From Kiritimatiellia bacterium (GTDB lineage: Bacteria > Verrucomicrobiota > Kiritimatiellia > RFP12 > UBA1067): a stretch of 64,000 nt of DNA. Shown here piece after piece: positions 9,842-20,248 of the stretch. The first letter of the stretch is position 1; every line of letters starts with the position of its first letter. The stretch covers positions 1,702 through 65,701 of the forward strand of contig JAFXEU010000046.1 of the NCBI GenBank assembly GCA_017520845.1. The letters are read 5' to 3'. Under the pieces are notes generated by a model. That model worked only from the letters and a program-made list of their open reading frames with translations. It was not told the DNA's origin and ran no database searches. The translations under genes were made by a program, and so were the position numbers.

Positions 9842-10285
9842 ATGAATTCGAAAAGTGAAGAAAGATTTCTGATAGATGTCGCGAGACTCGACGAGGGCGG
9901 CGAACATCTTGAGGGCGAAGTGGACATTGTCGATCTCGATGAGGAGTTCGTCAAGTCATTCGCGCCTATGAGATACAGTATCTTCGCTCAGCTTTTCGGT
10001 ACGGAACTTTTAATAAAAGGTCGCTTAGAGCAGGATTTTGACCTTGTCTGCTCGCGTTGCGGCAAGGATTTCGATACTACCGTAAAGGTCGAAGATTTCA
10101 TTGTTTCGGTTGAAGTTTCCGCCAAGGATCAGTTCGCCGATTTGACCGATGAAGCAAGAGAGTGTATAATACTCGCTTTACCGACATTCCCGTTGTGTGA
10201 TGAATCGTGTCCTGGGATCATACAAAACGCCTCAAATGTGGCGGACGATCGATGGAGCGCGCTCGACGGATTGAAGGTTGAGTGA
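9842..10285 (+). CDS. yceD: YceD/DUF177 family protein
   Basis: Acidic protein with CSRCGKDFD and LCDESCPG motifs. It sits directly upstream of rpmF-plsX, the conserved gene order. The longer track ORF from 9629 overlaps the divergent gene. Confidence 0.7.
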   Translation: MNSKSEERFLIDVARLDEGGEHLEGEVDIVDLDEEFVKSFAPMRYSIFAQLFGTELLIKGRLEQDFDLVCSRCGKDFDTTVKVEDFIVSVEVSAKDQFADLTDEARECIILALPTFPLCDESCPGIIQNASNVADDRWSALDGLKVE

Positions 10286-10313
10286 GATACAGTAGAGAAA
10301 AGGAGAAAAAGAA

Positions 10314-10493
10314 ATGGCTAGCCCTAAGAACCGTGTTTCGAAAATGCGCAAGCGTCAGCGTGTCGCTTCTCTCGAGAAGCCCATCCTCGCTTCTGTTTCA
10401 ACGTGCCCCGAGTGCGGCGCGGCGAAGCGTTCGCACCGCGTGTGCCCGAAGTGCGGCACGTATAAAGGCCGTAAGGTAATCTCCGCTGAATAA
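10314..10493 (+). CDS. rpmF: 50S ribosomal protein L32
   Basis: 59-aa ORF MASPKNRVSKMRKRQR...CPECG...CPKCGTYKGRKV, preceded by an AGGAGA RBS. It is too short to appear in the ORF track. Confidence 0.85.
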   Translation: MASPKNRVSKMRKRQRVASLEKPILASVSTCPECGAAKRSHRVCPKCGTYKGRKVISAE

Positions 10494-10522
10494 GCGGTGT
10501 TTCTCCGTAATAGGTTTTTCCT

Positions 10523-11575
10523 ATGACGCGGGTAGCTCTTGATGCGATGGGGGGCGATTACGCCCCCAAGCAGATCATCGTCGGCGCCGTTGAGGCCGTG
10601 TGCGGTCTTAACGACGTCAGTGTTCTTCTTGTCGGCAATTCCGAGGCTATTCAGAAAGAGGTCGCCCGTTTTGCCAAAAAACGCAAGACCATGTATCATC
10701 AGGCCGTTTCGAGCGGCAGGTTGGAGATTGTTCATGCTCCCGATCAGGTGGAGATGGATGATGTTCCCGTTGAAGCCGTCCGTAAAAAGAAGGACTGCTC
10801 GATCAATGTCGCGATGCGGCTTGTGAAGGAAGGCAAGGCCGACGCTTTCGTTTCGGCGGGAAATTCCGGAGCGGTAGCGACAAGCGCTATTTTAAACCTC
10901 GGTCGTATTCCCGGCGTTAAGCGCCCGGCGATCGCGATGGTTCTGCCTACGAAGTCGCCTAGCCGCCCGCTTCTGCTGCTTGACGCCGGCGCCAATATGG
11001 ACTGCCATCCGGAGTGGCTCGCACAGTTCGCCGTGATGGGCAGCGTCTACTCCAAGACGGTTCTCAGGCGTGAAAATCCTTCCGTAGGACTTCTTTCGAT
11101 CGGCTCTGAAGAATGCAAAGGCAATGAACTCATCCATGAGACGAATCCTTTGCTTCAGAAGATAAAAGATATCAATTTCGTCGGCAATGTCGAAGGCCAC
11201 GATATATGCGGCGGTAATCTCGATGTCGCCGTGGCGGACGGTTTTGTCGGCAACGTCGTTTTAAAAACTGTTGAATCGGTCGCCAAGGCCATCGGCGGTT
11301 GGCTTAAAACGGAATTGAAGAAGAGCTTTTTCCGCAAGATATGCGCGCTTATGCTCAAACCCGCTTTCAACTCGCTTAAAAAGCAGATGGATCCGGAGGT
11401 TTACGGCGGCGCACCGCTGTTGGGCGTACCGAGAGCGGTTATCATCACCCACGGAAATTCCACCCATAAGGGTATTTATTATGCAATCAAGACCGGCGTG
11501 TCCGCGGCGAGAAACGACGTTACCGGGCTTATCGAAAAAGCCATCGCCGCCCATGCCGAGGATCGGTTGCAGTAA
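10523..11575 (+). CDS. plsX: Phosphate acyltransferase PlsX
   Basis: [11 protein letters not shown]-terminus, SAGNSGA motif and the expected length. Confidence 0.85.
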   Translation: MTRVALDAMGGDYAPKQIIVGAVEAVCGLNDVSVLLVGNSEAIQKEVARFAKKRKTMYHQAVSSGRLEIVHAPDQVEMDDVPVEAVRKKKDCSINVAMRLVKEGKADAFVSAGNSGAVATSAILNLGRIPGVKRPAIAMVLPTKSPSRPLLLLDAGANMDCHPEWLAQFAVMGSVYSKTVLRRENPSVGLLSIGSEECKGNELIHETNPLLQKIKDINFVGNVEGHDICGGNLDVAVADGFVGNVVLKTVESVAKAIGGWLKTELKKSFFRKICALMLKPAFNSLKKQMDPEVYGGAPLLGVPRAVIITHGNSTHKGIYYAIKTGVSAARNDVTGLIEKAIAAHAEDRLQ

Positions 11576-14148
11576 TGAGCGATTATAATTTTTCCCAGAT
11601 AGAGAAGAAGTGGCAGCGTTATTGGCTCGAGAATAAGACGTTCAAGACGGATAACGACGCCAAGGGTGAGAAGTTTTATTGTCTGGACATGTTCCCGTAT
11701 CCGTCGGGCGCCGGTCTCCATGTGGGCCACCCCGAAGGGTATACGGCGACCGATATCCTCTGCCGCTACAAGAGGATGAAGGGCTTCAACGTTCTTCATC
11801 CTATGGGTTGGGACGCGTTCGGTCTTCCCGCCGAGCAGTACGCCGTCGAGACGGGTACCCACCCCGCGGTCACGACCAAGAAGAACGTCGACCGCTTCCG
11901 CGAGCAGATCCGCGCTCTCGGCTTCAGCTATGACTGGGATCGCGAAATCAACACGACGGATCCGAAGTACTACAAGTGGACCCAGTGGATTTTCGAGAAG
12001 CTTTACGAGAAGGGGCTCGCGTACGTTGCCGAAGTTCCTGTAAACTGGTGCCCGGCTCTCGGTACGGTGCTTGCGAACGAAGAGGTCATCGACGGCCGCT
12101 CCGAGCGCGGCAACCACCCCGTAATACGCAAGCCCATGCGCCAGTGGATGCTTAAGATTACCGAATACGCAGAGCGCCTGCTGAACGATCTCGATGAGCT
12201 TGACTGGTCCGAGGGTATCAAGGAGATGCAGCGCAACTGGATCGGTAAATCCACCGGCGCGCTCGTTGATTTCAAGGCCGCGGGTGATACGATTACAGTT
12301 TATACCACGCGCTGTGATACGCTTTTCGGCGCTACGTACATGGTGCTTTCGCCAGAGCATAAGCTTATCGAAAAGTGGCTCGAGGACGGTACGATAAAGA
12401 ACGCCGACGCGGTGCGCGAATATCAGAAAAAAGCCGCCTCGAAGAGCGACCTTGAGCGTACTGAGCTTAATAAAGAGAAGACGGGTGTCCGTCTCGATGG
12501 AGTAACAGGCAAGAATCCCGTCAATGGCGATGAGTTGCCGATTTTCATTTCCGACTATGTTCTCGCGACTTACGGTACGGGCGCGATTATGGCCGTTCCC
12601 GCGCACGATGAGCGCGACTTTGAGTTTGCGAAGGTGTTTGATCTTCCGATTTATCAGGTTGTTGCGAAGGATGATTCTAGCGTATCTAGCGTTTCTAGTT
12701 CATCTAGAGTTCCCTACACCGCTGATGTAGCCTTTACTGATATCGCTTCGGGCGTTATGGTCAACTCCGGCTTTATTACCGGTCTTTCCGTAAAGGATGC
12801 CCAGGCGAAGATGATCGCATGGCTTGAGGAAAATGGGGTCGGTAAGGCGAAGACGCAGTATAAGCTTCGCGACTGGCTCTTCTCGCGCCAGCGTTACTGG
12901 GGCGAGCCGTTCCCCGTCATTCACTGGGAAGACGGTACTCAGAGCCTTGTTTCTGAAGAGGATCTGCCTCTTACGCTTCCCGAGCTCGCCGATTACAAGC
13001 CTACGGGCACGGGCGAGCCGCCGCTCGCGAAGGCGACCGAATGGCTCAACGTCGTCGATCCCGTTACGGGCAAGAAGGGCGTCCGCGAGACGAATACGAT
13101 GCCCCAGTGGGCCGGCAGCTGCTGGTACTATCTTAGGTATATCGATCCCGAGAACGATAGCGCGTTCGCCGACTCAGAACTTTTGAAGAAGTGGCTCCCC
13201 GTCGATCTTTACGTCGGCGGCGCCGAGCACGCCGTCCTCCACCTTCTTTACGCCCGTTTCTGGCACAAGGTTCTTTTTGATCTCGGGCTCGTTCCGACGA
13301 AGGAGCCGTTCCAGCGTCTCGTCAACCAGGGTATGATCCTCGGGCTCGCCTATAAGACGAAGCGCGGCGTTCTGATTCCGATGGATCAGATTGAATGGCG
13401 CGAGGGTAAGCCGTGGGGCGCCGAAGAGGGCTGCGAGATGGAGGAGCTTACTGAGTTCCCCGCGAAGATGTCGAAGTCTTTGAGAAATGTCGTAAATCCC
13501 GACGACGTAATCCGCGATTTCGGTGCCGACTCTTTAAGGCTCTATGAAATGTTCATGGGCCCCCTGCAGGCCGTTAAGCCCTGGTCCACAAAGGGTGTAG
13601 AGGGCGTTCACCGCTTCCTCAAGCGCGCCAACCGTCTCGTTACCGAGTCGAAAATCGAGGATCGCGCGTTGACGAAGGCCGAGGCGAAGAGCTTGAACGC
13701 GATGATCAAGAAGGTTGGCGACGATCTCGAGGCGATGGCGTTCAATACCGGAATTTCGGCGATGATGGTCTTTATGAACGAGGCCGAAGATTTCGCGAAG
13801 GCGGGCGCTCTCTCCAAGGAATATCTGAAGAAGTTCGTGCTCTGCCTCGCGCCGTTCGCGCCGCACCTCGGCGAGGAACTCTGGGAATATCTCGGCGGCG
13901 AGAAGACTCTCGCATACGAGCCGTGGCCAGTTTACGATCCCGCCGCGCTCGTCGAGGACGAGATCGAAATCCCCGTTCAGGTTATGGGCAAGCTCCGCGG
14001 TCGCGTCAAGATTCCTGTCGCGGCGACGCCCGCCGAGATGGAGGAGGCCGCCAAGGCCGACGCCGAAGTCGCGAAATTCCTCGAGGGCAAGACGATCGTC
14101 AAGGTTATCGCCGTTCCCAAGCGTATGGTGAATTTCGTCGTCCGCTGA
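11575..14148 (+). CDS. leuS: Leucyl-tRNA synthetase
   Basis: [12 protein letters not shown] (HIGH) and KMSKSLRN (KMSKS) motifs. 857 aa. Confidence 0.95.
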   Translation: MSDYNFSQIEKKWQRYWLENKTFKTDNDAKGEKFYCLDMFPYPSGAGLHVGHPEGYTATDILCRYKRMKGFNVLHPMGWDAFGLPAEQYAVETGTHPAVTTKKNVDRFREQIRALGFSYDWDREINTTDPKYYKWTQWIFEKLYEKGLAYVAEVPVNWCPALGTVLANEEVIDGRSERGNHPVIRKPMRQWMLKITEYAERLLNDLDELDWSEGIKEMQRNWIGKSTGALVDFKAAGDTITVYTTRCDTLFGATYMVLSPEHKLIEKWLEDGTIKNADAVREYQKKAASKSDLERTELNKEKTGVRLDGVTGKNPVNGDELPIFISDYVLATYGTGAIMAVPAHDERDFEFAKVFDLPIYQVVAKDDSSVSSVSSSSRVPYTADVAFTDIASGVMVNSGFITGLSVKDAQAKMIAWLEENGVGKAKTQYKLRDWLFSRQRYWGEPFPVIHWEDGTQSLVSEEDLPLTLPELADYKPTGTGEPPLAKATEWLNVVDPVTGKKGVRETNTMPQWAGSCWYYLRYIDPENDSAFADSELLKKWLPVDLYVGGAEHAVLHLLYARFWHKVLFDLGLVPTKEPFQRLVNQGMILGLAYKTKRGVLIPMDQIEWREGKPWGAEEGCEMEELTEFPAKMSKSLRNVVNPDDVIRDFGADSLRLYEMFMGPLQAVKPWSTKGVEGVHRFLKRANRLVTESKIEDRALTKAEAKSLNAMIKKVGDDLEAMAFNTGISAMMVFMNEAEDFAKAGALSKEYLKKFVLCLAPFAPHLGEELWEYLGGEKTLAYEPWPVYDPAALVEDEIEIPVQVMGKLRGRVKIPVAATPAEMEEAAKADAEVAKFLEGKTIVKVIAVPKRMVNFVVR

Positions 14149-14180
14149 AGATAATCTGGCCTGAAGGGTGCCGTAAGCTT

Positions 14181-14735
14181 ATGAAAATCAAGTTTCTAAA
14201 AGTCAAGGGGACGTGGCGCGAGGTAGCCGATGCCGCGCGCACCACGATCCGTCAGGATGAGGGTACTAAGGAGCCTTCGTCCAAATGGAAGAAGCGGATT
14301 TTATTGGCTGAACATTCGCCGGTCAGAAAGTTGAACTTCAACTGGAAGTGGATCGATCTGCCGTATTGGGTTTCCGTTCATTTCGTGCGACATAAATTCG
14401 GCATCGAACATTTTGTCTCGACCCAGCGGACCGACCGCACCGGTGTCGAGCGCGAGGCGAACCGTCAGGACGCTCCCGTTATGCACGAGTGTTTCGCGAA
14501 CGCCCAGGCCGTGATGTTCATCTCTCGCCGCCGTCTTTGCGCCCAGGCGAGCGCCGAGACCCGTGCCGCCTGGCGGGCGGTCGTCGACGCGATAGCCGAG
14601 AAGGAGCCCGAGGTCGCCGCATGCTGCGTTCCCGAGTGCGTTTACCGAGGATTCTGCCCCGAGTTCAAGACATGCGGATTTTTCGGAAGTCCCGCATACG
14701 AGAAGGCGCTTGCGAAATATCGCGAAGTCAAGTAG
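14181..14735 (+). CDS. Short ThyX-fold (flavin-dependent thymidylate synthase-like) protein with a Cys-rich C-terminus
   Basis: AEHSPVRKLNFNWKWIDLPYWVSVHFVRHKFGIEHFVSTQR parallels the ThyX segment H-x-x-P-x-E...RHRxxSxxxxSxRY. The C-terminal tail is CCVPECVYRGFCPEFKTCG. Confidence 0.35.
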   Translation: MKIKFLKVKGTWREVADAARTTIRQDEGTKEPSSKWKKRILLAEHSPVRKLNFNWKWIDLPYWVSVHFVRHKFGIEHFVSTQRTDRTGVEREANRQDAPVMHECFANAQAVMFISRRRLCAQASAETRAAWRAVVDAIAEKEPEVAACCVPECVYRGFCPEFKTCGFFGSPAYEKALAKYREVK

Positions 14736-14788
14736 TTGCGCAACAGCCGCTAATTTAGTATACTATTATTTTATTGGAGAAAAATCGA

Positions 14789-15067
14789 ATGAATAGCGAA
14801 CTTTTGAAAAAAGCCCACGAGAAGATCAAGTCTACGCCCGTTTTGGTGAACCTCATTTCAAAGCGCGAGCGTGAACTTATTAACGGCGCGAAGCCTCTGG
14901 TAAAGCCTGCCTCGCTCGATGAAGACAAGTGCGATATCGCTCTTCGCGAAGTTGCCGAGGGTAAGCTTATCGCCGAAATCGATTTTGACGCTTATGCCAA
15001 GGCCGAGGAAGCGAAGGCCAAGTGGAACCAGAAGCAGGTTAACGTTAACTCGCTCTTTGCCGACTGA
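14789..15067 (+). CDS. rpoZ: DNA-directed RNA polymerase subunit omega
   Basis: LVNLISKRERELINGAKPLV and IALREVAEGKL match conserved omega segments. GGAGA RBS lies 8 nt upstream. Confidence 0.65.
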   Translation: MNSELLKKAHEKIKSTPVLVNLISKRERELINGAKPLVKPASLDEDKCDIALREVAEGKLIAEIDFDAYAKAEEAKAKWNQKQVNVNSLFAD

Positions 15068-15072
15068 AAAAG

Positions 15073-15525
15073 GTGGCTGACGGTAAGTTTAATCCCGTTT
15101 TCTGCGAGAACCGCAAGGCTCGTCATGATTATACCGTACTCGATACCGTCGAGTGCGGTATTGTCTTGACGGGAACCGAGGTTAAATCGGTGCGTCACGG
15201 CGAGGTTTCGCTCGCAGGGTCTTACGGGGCTGTTCTTAAGGACGAGCTCTGGCTTGTCGGGGCCGATATCGCGGCCTACAAGTTCGGCAACAGATTCAAT
15301 CATGAGCCGAAGAGCATGCGCAAGCTTCTGGTCCACGCCAAGGAGGTGCGCGAATTGCGCCTTAAGACGGAGGCGAAAGGGCTTACGCTCATTCCTCTGA
15401 AGGTTTACCTGAAACACGGACGGATTAAAGTCGCATTGGGCGTATGCAGAGGTAAGGCGCTCCATGACAAGCGCGATACCCTTAAGAAAAAGGCGTTGAA
15501 GCGCGACCTTGAAAGAGGAATGTGA
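15073..15525 (+). CDS. smpB: SsrA-binding protein SmpB
   Basis: ENRKARHDY..LTGTEVKS...and a basic C-terminal tail. GTG start. Confidence 0.85.
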   Translation: MADGKFNPVFCENRKARHDYTVLDTVECGIVLTGTEVKSVRHGEVSLAGSYGAVLKDELWLVGADIAAYKFGNRFNHEPKSMRKLLVHAKEVRELRLKTEAKGLTLIPLKVYLKHGRIKVALGVCRGKALHDKRDTLKKKALKRDLERGM

Positions 15526-15529
15526 TTTT

Positions 15530-15538
15530 TGATATAAT
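15530..15538 (+). promoter_or_regulatory. Extended -10 box TGATATAAT upstream of secY
   Basis: Exact motif, followed by a leader with an AAGGAG RBS before the ATG at 15577. Confidence 0.5.
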
Positions 15539-15576
15539 AATAAGATAAGTTTCCAAAGTAAGGAGAATATACAGTT

Positions 15577-16917
15577 ATGTCTATGATGAAGGGCTTTTCG
15601 AACGTGTTCCGCATTCCGGAGCTCCGTAAGAAAATTTTTATCACTCTCGGTCTCGTGGCCGTTTGCCGTTTTGTGTCACACGTTCCGACTCCGGGCGTCG
15701 ATTGGAATGCGCTGCAGGCGATGTTCAAGGGCGCGAGCGGCACAGGCAGGGGCGTTCTTGACTGGTTCAACACCTTTACGGGCGGCGCTCTCGGGCAGTG
15801 CACGATCGGTACGCTCTCCATCTGGCCTTACATTTCGGCGTCGATCGTGATCCAGCTCCTCTCTTCGATGATTCCGTCTCTCCAGAAGTTGAAGAAGGAA
15901 GGCGAGAACGGCCGTCAGCAGCTCGCTCAGATCACCCGTTATCTTACCATCGTACTGTGTATCGTTCAGTCCTACGGTATGGTGAAGTTCATGACGAGCC
16001 TCCCCGGCGGCGTTGTCGTCGAACCTGGTGTCGGGTTCACGCTTATGACCATTATATGCATGACGTCGGCTTCTCTCTTTATTATGTGGGTCGCCGATCA
16101 GATTACCTCGTTCGGTGTCGGTAACGGCGCGTCTTTGATCATCATGATCAATATCACTTCCCGTCTGCCCGACGCCATCTGGGAGGCTTATCAGCGTTAC
16201 TTCGTTTTGCGCAACGCCAGCATGACCGAGCTTATTCTTCTCGTACTGTTCTTTGTCGTTGTCGTTATGGGTACCGTAATGCTTACCCAGGGCGTCAGAA
16301 AGGTCGCGATTCATTCCACGCGCCGCAGCGTCGGCGGCGGAAACACCTACGGCATGAAGCAGACGTATATGCCCCTTAAGGTCAACTACACCGGCGTTAT
16401 GCCGATCATCTTCGCCCAGCCGCTTTTGCAGATCGTTTCCCTCGGCCTTAAGTATGTGGCTTCAGAAGGCCCCGTCCGCAGATTCGCCGACGCGCTTTCG
16501 GAGTCTACCTCGTCCACCCATATTCTCATCTATTCCGTATTGATCGTCTTCTTCACGTTTTTCTGGGTAGCGACCCAGTTCAACGCGATCGATATTTCCG
16601 AGAATCTCAAGAAGGACGGCAGCTACCTTCCCGGCGTCCGCCCGGGTCGCGCCACGGCGGAGTATCTCGACGACATGATGACGAAGATTACGGTTATCGG
16701 CGCTTTCGGCCTTCTCGTCATCGCGATCGTTCCGATGCTTCTTATGGGCCGTTTGGGCATTCCTTACGCTCTCGTTTCGTTCTTCGGCGGCACCTCGCTT
16801 CTCATTATCGTCGGTGTTGCGCTTGATACGCTCCGCATTCTCGAGAGCCATCTTCTCGTGCGCAAGTACGACGGCTTCCTGAGTCACGGCAGGCTTCGCG
16901 GCCGTTCCGGAATGTGA
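15577..16917 (+). CDS. secY: Preprotein translocase subunit SecY
   Basis: 10-TM profile. LRKKIFITLGLV and GxGNGxSLII motifs. Confidence 0.9.
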   Translation: MSMMKGFSNVFRIPELRKKIFITLGLVAVCRFVSHVPTPGVDWNALQAMFKGASGTGRGVLDWFNTFTGGALGQCTIGTLSIWPYISASIVIQLLSSMIPSLQKLKKEGENGRQQLAQITRYLTIVLCIVQSYGMVKFMTSLPGGVVVEPGVGFTLMTIICMTSASLFIMWVADQITSFGVGNGASLIIMINITSRLPDAIWEAYQRYFVLRNASMTELILLVLFFVVVVMGTVMLTQGVRKVAIHSTRRSVGGGNTYGMKQTYMPLKVNYTGVMPIIFAQPLLQIVSLGLKYVASEGPVRRFADALSESTSSTHILIYSVLIVFFTFFWVATQFNAIDISENLKKDGSYLPGVRPGRATAEYLDDMMTKITVIGAFGLLVIAIVPMLLMGRLGIPYALVSFFGGTSLLIIVGVALDTLRILESHLLVRKYDGFLSHGRLRGRSGM

Positions 16918-16956
16918 TTTTCGCGTAGCTTACGATAGACAGACATACGGATTATT

Positions 16957-16965
16957 TGATATAAT
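16957..16965 (+). promoter_or_regulatory. Extended -10 box TGATATAAT upstream of the Tat-exported oxidoreductase gene
   Basis: Exact motif. A second GGATATAAT lies at 16985-16993. Confidence 0.4.
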
Positions 16966-17036
16966 CCGTATGTTGTTTTTTTAGGGATATAATAAATTTT
17001 ATCAGACAATAAGATAACAAAAAAGGATAAATAACA

Positions 17037-18491
17037 ATGAGCACTAACCGTAGAGATTTCATCAAGGGTACAGCATGGATGGGTGCCGCAGCGGCCCTCG
17101 CCGGCGCCGGTTGCAAGAGCAATAAGATTTGCGCTCCCGGTTCGATGACCGTTTTCGCCGACAAGCCCATCAAGAAGCTTCGCGTCGGCTTTGTCGGTCT
17201 TGGTATGCGCGGCCCCGGCGCCGTTCACCGCATCGCCAACATTCCCGGCGTCGAGATTGTCGCCCTTTGCGATCTTTACAAGAATCGTGTCGCTGCCCAG
17301 CAGAAGTTCCTCAAGGATAACGGCAAGAAGCCCGCCCGCGAGTATTACGTTTACGAGACGACCAAGGGGCCTTCGAAGGACGAGACGGCTGCTTACCGCG
17401 CGCTTTGCGAGAGCGATCTCGATCTCGTTTACATCGCGACGCCCTGGGCGCTTCATGCCCCCGTCGCTCTCTACGCGATGGAGCACGGCAAGCATGCCGC
17501 CATCGAAGTTCCCGCCGCGATGACGCTTGACGAGTGCTGGGCTCTCGTCGAGACTTCCGAGCGTACGGGCCGTCATTGCATGCAGCTCGAGAACTGCTGT
17601 TACGGCGATGTCGAGATGTTCTCGCTCAATATCGCCCGCAAGGGTCTTCTCGGTGAGATTATGCATGGCGAGGGCGCTTACATCCACGATCTCCGCGCGC
17701 TCAATTACCTCGATCCCGCGAAGGGCGGATATCAGGGCTACTGGCGCCTTAAGTGGAACAACGAGCACTTCGGCAACCCCTATCCGACGCACGGTCTCGT
17801 TCCCCTGATGCAGGCGATGAACATCAACCGCGGTGACCGTTTCGATTATCTTTCCTGCATTTCCACCAACCAGGTCGGCATGAGCCTTTACGCCAAGACG
17901 AAATACCCCGACTGCAAGTGGCGCAACGACCTTAACCCGAAGTGCGGCGATATGTCCACGACCGTCATGCACACCGTCAACGGCAAGACCGTTATGGTTC
18001 AGCACGACGTCACGAGCCCCAGGCCTTACAGCCGTATCAATCTTCTTTCCGGCACGAAGGGCTGCCTCAACGACTATCCCTTCAGGATCGCTCTCGAGGA
18101 GAAGCCCGGCGAGGGAGCCCACGGCTGGTTCGACGAGAAGAAGACGGCCGAGATCCGCGAGAAGTACCGTCACCCCCTCTGGAAGGTCGCGGGCGAGCTC
18201 GCCAAGAAGATGGGCGGCCACGGCGGCATGGACTTCCTCATGGACTTGAGACTCTGCTACTGTCTCCAGAACGGTCTTCCGCTCGATATGGACGTTTACG
18301 ATCTCGCGACGTCCTGCTCGGTCTGCGAACTTTCCGAGAAGTCCGCTCTCAACCGCGGCAATTCGGTCGACGTTCCCGACTTTACGCGCGGCGCGTGGAA
18401 GACGAACAAGCCTCTCGATATCGTCACTGTCGATCTCAAGAAGCTCGGGCTTAAGGATGTCAAGGCTGACGATACTCAGCTGAATGTCTGA
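17037..18491 (+). CDS. Tat-exported Gfo/Idh/MocA-family oxidoreductase (GH109-like)
   Basis: Twin-arginine signal NRRDFIKGTAWMGAAAA. N-terminal Rossmann fold VGFVGLGMRG. Length and C-terminal region resemble GH109-type enzymes. Confidence 0.65.
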   Translation: MSTNRRDFIKGTAWMGAAAALAGAGCKSNKICAPGSMTVFADKPIKKLRVGFVGLGMRGPGAVHRIANIPGVEIVALCDLYKNRVAAQQKFLKDNGKKPAREYYVYETTKGPSKDETAAYRALCESDLDLVYIATPWALHAPVALYAMEHGKHAAIEVPAAMTLDECWALVETSERTGRHCMQLENCCYGDVEMFSLNIARKGLLGEIMHGEGAYIHDLRALNYLDPAKGGYQGYWRLKWNNEHFGNPYPTHGLVPLMQAMNINRGDRFDYLSCISTNQVGMSLYAKTKYPDCKWRNDLNPKCGDMSTTVMHTVNGKTVMVQHDVTSPRPYSRINLLSGTKGCLNDYPFRIALEEKPGEGAHGWFDEKKTAEIREKYRHPLWKVAGELAKKMGGHGGMDFLMDLRLCYCLQNGLPLDMDVYDLATSCSVCELSEKSALNRGNSVDVPDFTRGAWKTNKPLDIVTVDLKKLGLKDVKADDTQLNV

Positions 18492-18978
18492 TAGCGTAAA
18501 GCGAATCCTATCGCACGATTGCGGCGCGTTCTGGCAATTCGTGAAATACGGCGTCATCGGCGTATTGTCAACGATTGTTCAGACCGCCGCGTTCTATTTT
18601 CTCGCTTCGACGGCGCTGATGTGTCTTAATTCCGACGACTTCGCCGTCAGGTTCCTTTCCCTTCCTTCCGCAGAAGTCTCCGACGGCGTGAGGGCGTGGC
18701 GTTTCGGCCTGGCCACGGGAATCGGATTTGTCATTTCGAACATTTTCTGCTGGGTGATGAACAGGGCGTTTGTGTTTAAGCCGGGCAGGCACGTGTGGTA
18801 TGTCGAACTTGCGATGTTTATGGCCGTGTCCGGTTTCGCGATGCTTTTGGCCACGGTGTTGAGCGGCGTTTTGATTTCAAGGTTTGCGTTGATGACGACG
18901 CTTGCCGTTCTGATAGAGGTCTTCGTGTCGTTCGTTTTCAATTTTCTTATCCGTAAATTCATTATTTTCAAAGGTTGA
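18484..18978 (+). CDS. GtrA-family membrane protein
   Basis: FVKYGVIGVLSTIVQTAAFYFL opening and four TM segments. Confidence 0.55.
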   Translation: MSDSVKRILSHDCGAFWQFVKYGVIGVLSTIVQTAAFYFLASTALMCLNSDDFAVRFLSLPSAEVSDGVRAWRFGLATGIGFVISNIFCWVMNRAFVFKPGRHVWYVELAMFMAVSGFAMLLATVLSGVLISRFALMTTLAVLIEVFVSFVFNFLIRKFIIFKG

Positions 18979-18996
18979 TAAAGAGAGGTCGAGTAT

Positions 18997-19866
18997 ATGA
19001 ATATCATTGACGGCAAGCTTCTTGCGGCGAATCTCCGCGCGGAAATCGCGTCGGGAGTCGCGAAACTTAAAGAGGAAAAAGGCATTGTTCCCGGCCTCGC
19101 GGTCATTCTCGTCGGCAACAATCCCGCGAGCGTCAGCTATGTGACCGCTAAGGAAAAGGCGTGCGTCGAATCGGGAATGTATTCGCGCGAGATCCGTCTT
19201 CCCGAAACGACGACCCAGGATGAGCTTGTGAAACTCGTTAAGGAGCTCAACGCCGATCCCGCGATACACGGTATTCTCGTTCAGCTTCCCGTTCCGAAGC
19301 ACATCAGCGACAAGGCCGTAATCGACGCGATCGCGCCCGAAAAGGACGTCGACGGTTTTACGCCGATCAACGTCGGTAAGATGCTTATCGGCGAAGAGTG
19401 CTTTCTGCCCTGCACTCCGCACGGCATCATTAAACTTATCGAATTTTCCGGTATGGACATAAAGGGTAAGCACGCCGTCGTTATCGGACGGTCCAACATC
19501 GTCGGCAAGCCCGTCGCCGTTCTTCTCGCCCGCAGGGAGACTAACGCCACGGTCACGCTCTGCCATACGGGTACACCCGATATCGCGAAGTTCACGCGCG
19601 AGGCCGATATCGTCGTCGTCGCCGCCGGCCGCCCCGATACGCTGAAGGGCGATATGCTCAAACCCGGCGCGGTCGTCATCGACGTCGGCGTAAATCGCAT
19701 TCCCGACGACACGAAGCCGAAGGGTTTCCGTCTTGTCGGAGACGCGGATTTCGAAAGCTGCTCCGCCGTCGCGGGCGCGATTACTCCCGTTCCGGGCGGC
19801 GTCGGCCCGATGACGATCACGATGCTTCTCTGGAACACGCTTGAATCGGCGAAGAGGGTTAAATGA
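18997..19866 (+). CDS. folD: Bifunctional methylenetetrahydrofolate dehydrogenase/cyclohydrolase FolD
   Basis: [18 protein letters not shown]-like (VQLPVPKH) and GRSNIVGKP motifs. Confidence 0.9.
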   Translation: MNIIDGKLLAANLRAEIASGVAKLKEEKGIVPGLAVILVGNNPASVSYVTAKEKACVESGMYSREIRLPETTTQDELVKLVKELNADPAIHGILVQLPVPKHISDKAVIDAIAPEKDVDGFTPINVGKMLIGEECFLPCTPHGIIKLIEFSGMDIKGKHAVVIGRSNIVGKPVAVLLARRETNATVTLCHTGTPDIAKFTREADIVVVAAGRPDTLKGDMLKPGAVVIDVGVNRIPDDTKPKGFRLVGDADFESCSAVAGAITPVPGGVGPMTITMLLWNTLESAKRVK

Positions 19867-20210
19867 AAGCGGCCGTTCTCGCCTTGACGATTCCGCTTCA
19901 GCCGCTCGTAAGCGAGAACGTACTTGAGCCGAGCGTCCGCAATGAGGTTGATCATGCGCTTTCGCGTGCGCCTCAAGCGGAGCGCGTCGAAGTAATTGTC
20001 GCTTCAAATTCGGTGGTTTCTGTTGTTTCGTCTACGAACGTAATCGGTAAAATACTTTATCATTCTTCAGGGGATGTCTTCGGGACGAACGGACTTTCGG
20101 CGACCGATATCGCGATAAAACTCGTTTCGTCCCAGAAGAGCGACGGCAGATGGACGCTCGGCACAAACGATGTTACTTCTCTCGCTGTTGATATTCTTAA
20201 ATCGTTGTAA
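19863..20210 (+). CDS. Hypothetical protein
   Basis: ATGA start/stop overlap with folD suggests translational coupling. No family recognised. Confidence 0.35.
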   Translation: MKAAVLALTIPLQPLVSENVLEPSVRNEVDHALSRAPQAERVEVIVASNSVVSVVSSTNVIGKILYHSSGDVFGTNGLSATDIAIKLVSSQKSDGRWTLGTNDVTSLAVDILKSL

Positions 20211-20232
20211 ATCGCAATAATACATTAAAATT

Positions 20233-20241
20233 TGATATAAT
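20233..20241 (+). promoter_or_regulatory. Extended -10 box TGATATAAT, 7 nt before the ATG at 20249
   Basis: Exact motif. The spacing predicts a leaderless transcript. Confidence 0.5.
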
Positions 20242-20248
20242 TTTCAAC

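Noticed and set aside
11479-12606. 375-aa minus-strand ORF. Similar long antisense ORFs: 33066-34370, 18877-20007, 62639-63748, 30327-31148, 42079-43029, 6118-6957, 28411-29139 and 38782-39528.
   Set aside because: Each lies antisense to a confidently identified conserved gene (leuS, parC-like, folD, cinA/folE, lysS, ABC permease, GH78-like, SPFH, malic enzyme). All have Arg/Gly/Leu-rich composition without motifs.
13923-14180. N-terminal extension of the ThyX-like ORF back to 13923
   Set aside because: This part overlaps the leuS 3' end in another frame and is Arg/Gly-rich. The internal ATG at 14181, after the leuS stop, is the plausible start.
16884-18557. 557-aa ORF on the minus strand
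   Set aside because: It is antisense to the Tat-exported Gfo/Idh/MocA oxidoreductase and overlaps the secY end. It has no recognisable motifs, so it is a GC-driven open frame.
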